Below are positions 15,901 to 29,738 of a stretch of 64,000 nt of DNA, one piece after another (position 1 is the first letter of the stretch; every line of letters starts with the position of its first letter). Made by a program: the position numbers and the translations under genes. The DNA is from the human T2T-CHM13v2.0 reference genome, Homo sapiens: the NCBI RefSeq assembly GCF_009914755.1, contig NC_060935.1; one strand, written 5' to 3'. The notes below the pieces were generated by a model. It saw nothing but the letters and a program-made list of their open reading frames with translations, was not told the DNA's origin and searched no databases.

Positions 15901-18900
15901 TGCTGTGGGTCCCGAGAGACTTCAGGAGAGTTATCTTCAGCCTCTCACTTCCCGTTTTCCCTTCCTAGGCAAATGTTCTTTTCAGCTTCGCTAATCCCCG
16001 TGGCCAGTTTGTAACTCCCTAGAGTCCAGCTGGAGCCTTCACTCGGTCCTTTGGCCCGCCCCGCCTTGTGGGGGCAGGTCTGGAGGTCTGAAGAGAGTTT
16101 GGGCTAATCCAGGCCCCTTCCCGGCTCCCACCCAACCCCCACTGGCCCCAGGAGACCTGGCTGGAGAAGCCCATGGGTTCTGAAACCTCCTTTCTCACAG
16201 TCTGTGCCCAAAGATGCTGCCCACTCTTAGTCCGAGTAAGTGTTTGCCGTTTTGACTCTCCTGGGGTCCCAAGTCGTGTCCGGCCCGCCCCACCAGTCAG
16301 GAAGATTCCATACTGAGTAGGAAGGCAGAGCAAGGGTCTGGTCCCCCCACCACAATGTGTTTGGATCCCTAGTTCTTCACTGGCAAAATCTGCCCTGTCT
16401 CTCACAATAATGTGAGTCTGAGCAGAAAATATTAATAATAAACCTAACACTCATTGCACGTACCATGTGCCAAGTACTGTTCTAAGCACTTTCCCACATG
16501 TTAATTAAAATAGATGTCAAAAAGTTTTTGAAAGTAGGAAGTATAGCTAAATGATTATCACTGCTGATAGTCACAGGCATTGTAGGGCCCCAATCAAACC
16601 ACAGTCTCTCTTGCACCCCAGGAGCTCACTGTCACAAGGCAGACAGATGCACAGTTGTCAGTGAGAGGCTATAATTCCTACCAGAAGAGGGAAAGGGTGG
16701 GTCAGAGATTGGTTAGGACCACAGGGATGATTAGCATTGGAAGGCCTCCTGGAGGAGGTGGACTGCTGTAAACAATGTCTCTCAATTCTCCACCCATGAC
16801 CTTTGTCCCTTGGGCTCCTGTCATCACTGACTCACCCATACTGCTGCCTCCCCCTCACCAACTTCCTGGCAGGAGGCAAAAGTACTGGCCAGTGGGAGTC
16901 TGGGAACCAGCACAGGGACCAGCCCAGCTCTAATCACCCTCCAGAGATCCCATCCGGTTCTTCCTTCCAGGGATACTGGGAGGGTGGGGCACAGACTCCT
17001 GGGCTGCTGCCTGCTCAGAGGCCTCTGCCTCCTCCTTTCCCTGCTCTGGGGTCTGGGTGTTCTGCACTGGAAGAGGGCTAAGCCACTGGTACACGTGGGC
17101 ACAAGGGAGGAAGCTGCTCTGGAAAGGAGACCACCAGAGGGGAGGCAGAGGAGCAGGCCATGTCTTCAGGGTCCACGTCCTGCCTGGCTCTCCCCATCGG
17201 CGTCCTAGAGGAGGGAGCTTGTGGGGGCACTGCATGGAGCTGGAGGGCCCTTTCTGCTGTATTGTTTGGGCTGGGCCTAGTCTAATCCCCCCATCTGCCT
17301 TGCGGACTAAGTGGGGCCCACATTCAGGGAGACAGTGTCCCTGCGGAGTTAGTGATGGAAGCAGGGAGGCCCTGTCTACCAGGGCTGGGAAGGGCCTAGG
17401 TGCTGAGTCCAGTCAGGTGCTGAGCATGCTAGGTAGGGATGGCGTCTAGGCTCTGGGGGATTGACTACCCCTCCCCAGAGGGTCTTGGCAAGGGTTCCTG
17501 GGCTGTTTCCAGAGGTGTGTGGCACCCACCTCCTGAGTCCACCAAGCCCTGAGGGAGTAGGGAGCCATGGGTGGGGCAGACCCCTCCTCATTCCCAGTCC
17601 CTCCCACCCCTGAAAGCTGATAGCCGTGGGGCCCTGCCACCGCCCAGGGAGCGTGAAATGGGGTGTGCCGCTGGGCAGCCACAGTAGCTCCTACCACCGC
17701 CTGGGCCTATTGCCTTTTCTCCTTGGGCAGCCTCTGGCATCCTGAGCTGCTCTGTAGATGTTGGCTGGGCTGTCCCTGCCAGCTTCCCCAGCTTTGCCTG
17801 GCACAGGCCCCAACCCAGGCTGGAAGATGTCTCCCTCAGGCTTCAGCTACCCCCACACCCAAGAAAAAGATTCAGAGTGGTCAGCTCAAGTGCAGGCACC
17901 CTAGGCCTGGCTTTCTGCCTTGGAGTTGAGGGAACTCTCTGCAGGCAGCATTGCTGCTCTCTCTTAGATGGCAGTAGGGTGGAGCCCCTAGGAAAGAGTT
18001 GGCACCCAGGGATTTTGGAACCATCCCTGTCCAACTGGCATGCCCTGACTCAGCACCTGAATCCCTAAGGTGCGCTGAGGACTAGGCTGGACCTTGACCT
18101 TCCTGTCCTCAGGTCTTTTCCTTCTTTGCTGTCCAACCCCATCCACCTTCTGTACCTTCTTGCCTAGAACCCCTTCACCTACTCAGGCAGCATCCTGGCC
18201 TCATTCCCTAAACTGCTGTCTTGGAGCCTGTTCAGGCTTCAGACTGGATGGCCAGGCCAGAGTTCTGGGTTGGGTGCTGAGTTCTCTCTCCCTGGGGGAA
18301 TGTCCTGAGACCCTTGTGTCAGCCCCGACACCCAGAGGCTGGTGATGAGACTAGTAGGAGTGACCTTTGCACCTCAGCCTGGTAACAATACCCAAGACCC
18401 TTGCTTCAGGGCCAAGCCCAGAGTCCTGGGGGTCCAGGAGAGAAAAGAACTGAAACAGGAACCCGGCACCTTCCCAGGGGCTGAGGCCCACCGCTGACTG
18501 CACTCAAGGGAAGGATTAGGTCTGGCTTAGCTCAGACAATGTGGTAGAATGGGGGCCTCAGCACTGCACCTGCATTCCCTTCCCCCACCTCACCATGAGG
18601 TTTGTGGGGAGAGCCAGGTAGAGCTGGGAAGCTGGAGGCAGGTGGAGAGAGGGGAGCAGCTGCCTGGGACCCAGTGGGCTGTGGGGTGGATCCAGCTCTT
18701 CTTCCCTCTCGCCAGTACCCCCCTTCCTCAGGCCCTTGGGCCCTGCCACCCACCCTGAGCTGAAAGTCAGTCCCACTCAGGAGATTCTGGGCAGCCAGAA
18801 TACCCCTGGCCCCGGCCCCCAACATACTCACACACCGTGGGCCCCATTCCTCACCCTGTGGGCCAGAATTCTTTCAGGCAGTCCTTCCTAGTCCCTCACT

Positions 18901-20536
18901 GCCTTCCCAGACACTCCCTCTTCCCCTGGTCCAGGTTCTCTGGCCTAATGTGCTTCCATCGCAGCAGCTTGAGTGGAAAGGATGGGGTCTCTGGGTTTTT
19001 CTACCACTGCATCTTCTGTCCTGCTCCTACCACCCTCCACACCTTCTTCTCTAGTCACCTCCTCTTTCACCTTGGCCATCCAGGCTCTGGAGCAGTTCCG
19101 GGAAGACTTGAAAAGGGGCCTTCTGGCCATTACTCACCTTGGCCACCAGGTGTCAGACTTTGCCCAGCTGGGTGGGAGGAAGGTTCTAGTTAACCATTTC
19201 CACCCCATCAGTCTGGCCTCAGAGAGAGATCTGGGCAAGTTGGGGAGGAGCCTAGAGGTGACCACTGAACTGGCAAGGCTGAGGGACCCTGAAGGTTGAG
19301 ACTGGGAAAAGGACTGGAACTCTGACTCTACAGCTTTCCCCCAGATCCCCCTCACTGCCACTGCCCCCACACCACCCCACTGACAAGGGCTTTGTCCCCT
19401 GCTGGGAAGTTCAGGAACGAGGCTGAGTCAGGGAGCTTGAGAATTGAAGGAACAAAGGCAGGGACAGTTGTAGCTCCACAGCAGAAGGGGAAGCTGAGAG
19501 GGAGCTGCCCATCGGAGTGCCCAGCCAGGACTGAGTCACTAGCCCTTGCCCTCTAGGTTAAGGGGAACAGAGGGCCTCCCTTTGCCCTTCCCCATTTAGG
19601 GTGGCTGTGGCAAGTGAGAGTGTGTGTGTGCATGTGTGTGTAAACTCAGTGCTTGAATGAGCCTCTCATATCATGAGGCGGCCTGTAAGTCTTGGACGGT
19701 AGGTCAGTCTTTGCAAAAGTGGAAAACTGGCAAGATCTGAGTATTGTGCCATCTCCCATCAGAGCCTCCTCTAGCCCCACTTCCCCCAGAGGTTGCCCCT
19801 GCCTCAAGTGATAGTTCTCCATTTTATGCTCATTCTTTCAAACATAGGTGTGTTTCTAAGCACTCAAGATGATGACAAGATTTCTAATCCTTACATTCTA
19901 TCTGGAGATGATGGAGAGGAGGGTCTTCTCTTGCCCACTCTCCCGATCCTTGTGGGGACATGAGGAATACTAGAGATAACACACCCTCCACCCTTTGACA
20001 TTGCAATGCCTTAGAGTCTCATGTTAGCCTCTGGGCCTCTGACTCTGAAGCCATTCTTAGGAGGTAGAACCTCGATAACCAACAAAACTCATTGGATCTC
20101 CTGAAGCAGCTCTGGATGGAAAACCAATGACTCACTCACAGAAAACGCCAGTGCCCTGTGATCTACCAGGTGCTCCCTGTGCTGTGGTGCTGGCATTTTC
20201 ACAAGATGCCTGTGGGACACAGTGCCAAAACACAAACGAGCAGCTCACATCCCCTGTCACCATCATTAGGGGCTATTTGAGAGAGTTCAAGAACTCACAC
20301 TCTGAAGTGCCCTCTCTGATGGTGCTCTCATCCCCCTCTCCCTCCACCACGCCACCGCCACTGTGGGAGCGTTCTGCGTCCTCAGCATGCAGGAACCCCA
20401 GCGCTCCCCATTCAGGATTCTTCTCCCAGCCTATTCCCCTCCTCTGTTTCCCTCCACTGACCACTCTTCCCTTACTGCCTGGCTCTGGCTCCCAGCCAAT
20501 TTCCAGTAGTTTCCAGCAGCCTAGAATCCCCCTTGA

Positions 20537-21957
<1,421 letters not shown>

Positions 21958-22065
21958 TTTTCTGTCAATTTCCAAAACACTATCGTCTTGACACACACTT
22001 TTTAAATTTTTCTCTAATATAGCAACCCTATTAACTGATGTCTTGACACTCTTTAAATCAGTTTA

Positions 22066-23445
<1,380 letters not shown>

Positions 23446-24525
23446 ACACTTAACTAACTCTTATTCTGCCCCATCTCCATCTGTCTGAATTCTGCCCATC
23501 CTCCAAGAATGGTGTCAAATCCCACCGCATGCATTTATGGAAAAGGTAACTATTGAGCACTTGCTGTGTGCTCTGCACTGGAAATACAGCTATGGAAGTC
23601 AGCAATAACTTCAGATGCTGTTTTCTCCCCTAATAGGGCTCACAGCCTAGAGGGCCTTCACCTAACTAGATGCAGTCTCTCTTTCCTAGTCTTCTGTAGT
23701 ATTTTGCCTGGATCTTTCTGCATTTAATCGAGTTCTGCCTTGTATTCTACCATTCAGGGAAGGGTTTCTATTCCCTTTTCTAGATTGTTTTGTCCAACAC
23801 ACTCATTGAGCACCTTCTTTTGGATGGAGTCTAAGCTGGGTGCTGGTATAGTGAGTAGAAGAAGACTCAAAAGCTGTCCCCAAGAAACTCAACAGGATAG
23901 TACTGTGTAAGCTCTCTGATGATAAGACCTCCTCCTTTACCTCTGTATTCCTTATAGCCCCTACTTAATGCTTTGCATATCACAGGCCACAGCTTATTTT
24001 GACTATGTGTGGAGACAGCCCTGATACCCTCTCCTTTCTATCTTGTTATGCAGGGGGCAGGGTCTGCAGGTGCCCTTGGCCATGCCTAGGCCATGCCTAG
24101 GCAGATGAGGAGCCCGGACCCCTCAGGGTGGGGCATGTGCCCTCTAACTTGGGCCAGATGACTCAGGGCCATTCAGCAGAGCTGGCTTGCCTCACCCACA
24201 AGCAAGTTAGTAGCTCCTGCACCTACACTCTGACCTCTCCCTTTTCTAGTGATTCTTGCACTTGCTGGCAGTTCTGTGTCTGCATCGCACAGATATGCCT
24301 GTGGCCCTTATTATTTCAGGTACATTGATCTTTTCTTCCCAAGTAGATTAGAAGCTCCATAAGGGCAGGAGCCAAATTAGGTTTTAGGCTTCTTTTGGCT
24401 TTTCTACACCACAGGCAGGTAATTAGATCTTGAAAATATTTGTCAACTGATTGACATTGCCATCATTTCTTACTTTCTTCACTTAAGGCATTATCTCCAG
24501 GAGGCCCTTATAAAATATCCATGTA

Positions 24526-24768
24526 GGATGTGAGGATGATCTGGCTGTGACATCTGTCACCCCATTGATCACCAGGGTTGATTCGGCTGATCTGGCTGTC
24601 TAGGCGGGTGTCCCTGTCCTCCCTCACAGCTCCTCGTGCATCCCTCCCGAAGCTGTGTGCTCTGTTGAGGACGACCATCCCTGATAGAGGAGGATCAGTC
24701 TTCCGTCAAGGGTATATGAGTAGCCTCGCTCCCATGCTAGAACTTCCAAACAAGCTCTCAAGATCCAT
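24526..24768 (+). pseudogene. 7SK snRNA retropseudogene, 3'-truncated, no poly(A) tail (probably RN7SKP239)
   Basis: GGATGTGAGG...CTGTCACCCCATTGATC...AAACAAGCTCTCAAGATCCAT matches about nt 1-245 of 7SK; flanking direct repeat TAAAATATCCATGTA at 24511-24525 and 24768-24782. Confidence 0.92.
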
Positions 24769-25405
24769 AAAATATCCATGTATTACCTGGGAGCTATTCA
24801 TTCATTGACTTACCCAGTGGTTCCTAACTAAAGTGTCATGACATGCTGCTAGAGCCTAAGTAATCTGTAATGACTACAGCTGCTGCTGCTACAGCCAAGC
24901 ATCTGCCCTTTGTTGTTCCTGTTATCCTTTCCAGCAGTCTTAGATGGGTATTTAATTATCCCCACTTTACTGATGGGGAAACTGGTCACTCAAAATTTGT
25001 GAGTCTGAGATTTGAGCTTAGGGCATCCCTTGAATAGCATCTATCCCATTCTCTCACAATTTGAATTTTTCTCTTTTCCTGAATATGCTATCTTACATTG
25101 GAGAGAGAGGAGTAGCATTTACAGCTGAGGATTGTGACTTGTTCACAGTCTGTTTCCCTCCTGAAGAGAGGAAGGGTGTTGAAGTGAGGGTCACTGCTCC
25201 TGAAGCCCCAGTGGACAGAGACAGGCAGGAGTCCTGGGGAAGCTGGGGAGTGAAGCCCAGGGGCTGACTGCTCAGGGTAGAGCACCAGAAGCACAGATGA
25301 ATAGCTTTGCTCATCATAAGGAGGCTGGGCCAGAGGGCAGAAATAGAAATTCAAGGTGGGAAGACAGACCTGTGAGACCATTAATGCAATCCAGGAAGGT
25401 GAGGC

Positions 25406-25995
<590 letters not shown>

Positions 25996-26294
25996 AAAGA
26001 AAACCGAATCCCAGAAAGGTGAGGAAGACTTAGCAAAGGTGGGGTGAGGGAAACCTGGGGTGGACAGAAGCTGTGTGGGAGGACTGAGGGATCAAGGGGT
26101 TGGTGGTGGCAGCAGCAGTGGGTAAGTCTGAGGTGCGCCCATCGCCCCAGTGCGGGGAGGAAGAGGGCCTCTTCCCAGAGCTCTGTGCAGCTCCACCAGA
26201 GGCAAGCAGGGAGTGGGAGCCAGGGGTGGCAAGAGTCTGATGAGCACCAGGAGGGGTGAGGCTGGGCAAAGAGACTAAGTTCTGGGGCAAGCAT

Positions 26295-26300
26295 TTTATT
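26295..26300 (-). terminator. CLCF1: CLCF1 polyadenylation signal AATAAA
   Basis: tttatt on + strand at the end of the roughly 950-nt 3'UTR. Confidence 0.8.
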
Positions 26301-26324
26301 TGTTAATACAAGAATAGAAATTCT

Positions 26325-26375
26325 GCAATAAATATCATCTAATAAATAACATCTCCAAATAAATAAATATTAATA
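26325..26375 (-). promoter_or_regulatory. CLCF1: AU-rich elements in CLCF1 3'UTR
   Basis: mRNA sense reads UAUUUAUUUAUUU, UUAUUUAUU and AUAUUUAUU; typical of cytokine mRNAs. Confidence 0.75.
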
Positions 26376-26460
26376 CAACACACTTAGAGTCATGAGTGGG
26401 TGGGGCTGGGGGGCAGGGCCTTGGGGAGCTGCCACCCTACACCCCAAAATGCTACTGCAT

Positions 26461-26566
26461 TGTAAACTTTCAGGAAATCCTGTGGTGTGGCTATGGTTGC
26501 CCTCCCCAGCCTGGCAACCCACAGATACCCTGGGAAAGGGGGCAGAGAAGAGGCACCGTAATACTG
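26461..26566 (-). promoter_or_regulatory. CLCF1: Candidate miRNA seed sites in CLCF1 3'UTR (miR-30 7mer-A1; miR-200b/c/429 8mer)
   Basis: GUUUACA (26461-26467) and CAGUAUUA (26559-26566) in mRNA sense. Confidence 0.45.
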
Positions 26567-27247
26567 GAAGACAATTCGAGGCAAGGTCCTGATGCTCAGC
26601 TCGGGTTTTGTTTGCCACTCTGTGCTTTGGAGACTCCTGGGTCTGGTCTGGTCTGTCCCTGCCCCTGTGCTTTCAGTATTTTCTCTTCTGGTTTATAGGG
26701 CACCTCCAATGCAGACCCCAACCCTGCACTGTTAATCTCATCTCTTTTTGTGTAGAATTGCCACCATGTTTGTTTCCTGAATTGGATGTATAGAGTGATT
26801 TGGGGATAAGGGAGCAACACCCATCCAAGGAGAGTGGGGCAGCCAAAGGGCTTCACCCCAGAAAGGCATGTGTGGTGGTGGCCCCTCAACCCCTGCCCTC
26901 CAGATGTGCCACCTGAGGGGCTGGGTGGGCACTGGCCAAGTGGTAGGCAAGAAGCAGGAGGCCATGAGCGCCTCTGCACCAACCTGAACCACTTCACACT
27001 CCCTCGAGCATGACTTCCTGTAGAAACAGGACAGGACAGGGCCTACTGTACCTCCTCCCCAGCTCGGTAGACCTTTGGGAGGTGGGGAGGAGACAGGGCT
27101 GATCGCATCACACGCCCAGCCGGTCCAGGAAAGGGCCAGAGGCTCACAGCTTCTGTCTCCTGGCTCAACAGGTGTTGGCATACAGGGCTGGCTCTCACAA
27201 AGTGGGAGCAGGGTTTGAAGGGGGAGCGAAGAGGAGAAGGTCAGAAG

Positions 27248-27742
27248 TCAGAAGCCATGAGCCCCCAGGTGCAGGGTGACTGCAGCTGCTGGAGGCTGCA
27301 TCTTCTTCTTGAGCCGGTTGAAGTCCTTGGCCGAGCGCCACAGCCAGGTCTGCAGCTCCTTCAGCAGCCAGAAGTCGTCCATCTTCTGGAGGAAGTCACT
27401 GTGGGCAGGGCCAGGAGTCCAAGTGGGTTCAGTCCCAGGCAGCGGCTGGGGCAGTGGGTAGCCCAGAGCTGCCATGACGCCCGCAATGCTGCCCAGCAGG
27501 CCCTGGAGGCTGGTGCAGAAGTGGGCCAGGCTGCGGCGCAGCTCAGCAGTGGCAGCCTGACGGTTGAGGCCACGCAAGTAACACAGAAGGTGGCTGTAGG
27601 CCTCGTAGTTCTGGGTCAGCCGCAGTTTGTCATTGAGGCTTCGCCACACCTCCAAGTCAACAGTGGCCCTGGGCAGAGTCTCTGCCCCCAGGCGGGGAGG
27701 GTTGAAGTCTGGCTCGTTGAAAGGGGGGCCCAGGTAGTTCAG
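27248..27742 (-). CDS. CLCF1: CLCF1 coding exon 3 (to stop)
   Basis: tttcacag|CTGAACTAC; LNYLGPPFNEPDF...FLQKMDDFWLLKELQTWLWRSAKDF...GAHGF*. Confidence 0.97.
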   Translation of the reverse strand: MNYLGPPFNEPDFNPPRLGAETLPRATVDLEVWRSLNDKLRLTQNYEAYSHLLCYLRGLNRQAATAELRRSLAHFCTSLQGLLGSIAGVMAALGYPLPQPLPGTEPTWTPGPAHSDFLQKMDDFWLLKELQTWLWRSAKDFNRLKKKMQPPAAAVTLHLGAHGF

Positions 27743-29571
27743 CTGTGAAAAGGAGAGGGTGATGGGGAAGGAGGAGGGCAGAGCCGCTGGCTCACCACCA
27801 AGGAGATACCTGCTCCCAAAGTTTCTATTTTTTGTGTCCCCTGACACTGGCCCTGTCTCCATGCTAGGCTTCTTTGTTCATGGCCTCCCTGAGTTTTTCC
27901 AATAAGGATATCATTTGTATGCAGGTGACAGTTGAAGCAGTGGCGGTGGTGAGCTCTCCAATGGAGAGGCGTAGAAAAAGGAGGAGGAGGAGACGCACAA
28001 GACGCTCAGGAAGGACGTGCTGATTGGCTGGGTGGGCAAACCTTGGGAGAGTGCCCGCTGTGGGGGCAGGACAGAGAGGAAGAGGAGCCTGGAGGAGCTG
28101 GAGAGGTAGAAGGTGGCCCAGGAGAGTGCAGAGACCAAGGAAGAGGAGTTCGAGAAGGCAGCAGCGCTCAGCAGTGTGGCTGCAAAACAGACAGCAAGGA
28201 GAATGAGCCTTCAAAACACTGTCGGGCTTGGCAAGGAGGTGCCTGACGACCTTGGAGAGAACCATTGCTGGGGCCTGGAAGCCAGATTGCAGGGGGTTAA
28301 GAAGTGAGTGGGTGGAGAGGAAGTGGAGGCAGAGGGTGTAGACCACTCCTTGGAGAAATTTGGCAGGGAAAGCCAGGAGAGAAAAAGGGTCGGGAACTAG
28401 AGAGGGCAGTGGAGTGAAGCAAAGGTTTTCTGCACAAGGAACAAGAGAGAGATGAGAGTGGCCCATTGGAACCAGAGCCCCATTTGCCGCTGACACACCC
28501 AGGCCCACCAGCTGAGGGGCTGGGGAGAGACGGGTACTCACTAACACTCCGAAAGAAGGGTTCAGCTGATAGGAGCAGGGTTGCAGAAGGAAGAAATGGA
28601 GGCAGTCTCATGAGTAGGACAGGAGGAAGGCTATGGAAGACAGCATGGTATAGGGAAGAGGGCAGAGCCCTTTCCAACCCTCGGGGGAGCGGCTGGGGCC
28701 CAGGGAAAGGGATGAGGGAGATGTATAACTGGGAAAGAAGGGAGAAGCAAGGGGAGAGGCCTGGGATAGGCAAGGGCCCAGGGGGAGGTTCACACGCTGA
28801 CAAGCACAGAGACAAACTAATTTCCTCGGTGTATCCTGGGGCTGGAGCCAGCTCCCCCGCCACCCTCCTCCCTTTTCTTTCCCTGGCTCCAGAGTAGGGT
28901 CTGGGATGTGGAAGAGGAACACGGGAAGAGGGGGCCGGTTCCCCATGGTCCTCGGCTCCTCCAACCCTCCTTCCTTCTCTCCTGGGCTCTCTGAACACCT
29001 CTGGACCACCCCCAAATCCTTACAGCATAACCTCCATCCACACCCTAAACCCCCTGCCACTACTGCCTGGGTTCCCTACAGTCCCCTTCCCCCATGACCC
29101 CCCTAGGAGGCCCAGCTAGGATGGGAGAGGCAGACGGAAGGGAGGCCCCTGGGTCCAGAGCAGCAGGGCCCCAGGTCTGGGGGCAGAGGCGAGCTGGAAC
29201 GCAGGCATGGGAGGTGGGGCCCCTCTGTCCCCACCCAACCCCGCCCGCGCAAGAGACACCACAACACGGTGTAAACAGAGGAGACTTCCCCGGCCCCCAG
29301 GGGGAGGCGGGCGGCTGGGCTGGCAGCCAGTGGGGCAATGGGCCAAGGCGGGTGCGAGGCCTGCCCACATGCCTAGTCCTGGGGCCAGGGATGGGGAAGT
29401 GGGGGGGCCACCTAAGAGGGAAGGGCAGGAGATAGACCAGACAGGGGGACTGGTGGGAGCCAAAGAGCCCCTCCTCACCCCATCATTTACCAGAACCCTC
29501 CACGGTTAGGACTGTCTTTCCCCAACTCCTCACTCCTCCCCAACTCCCAGATTCCTACGCTGGATACTCAC

Positions 29572-29738
29572 ATAGGTCCCAGCCAAGCTGCGGAGTTGGT
29601 GCTCCAGGTAGCGGGTGAGGTCATAGGTTTTCTGGATGGAGGGGCCAGGCCCTGGGTCCCCTGTGCGATTGAGAGCTGGCACTGCAGGGAGGTGCCAGAG
29701 CACCGTGCACAGGCACGCTAACATCCCCCACGAGTCCC
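29572..29738 (-). CDS. CLCF1: CLCF1 coding exon 2 (signal peptide and helix A)
   Basis: cccacag|GGGACTCG...ACCTAT|gtgagt; DSWGMLACLCTVLWHLPAVPALNRTGDP...LAGTY. Confidence 0.96.

Noticed and set aside
18832-18855. Possible 24-nt - strand micro-exon
   Set aside because: Weak pyrimidine tract and a stop codon in phase 1; could be chance
27864-29060. 227- and 233-aa ORFs in CLCF1 intron 2
   Set aside because: Purine/pyrimidine-skewed, partly L2-like intronic sequence with Leu/Ser/Pro-biased translation and no splice or homology support
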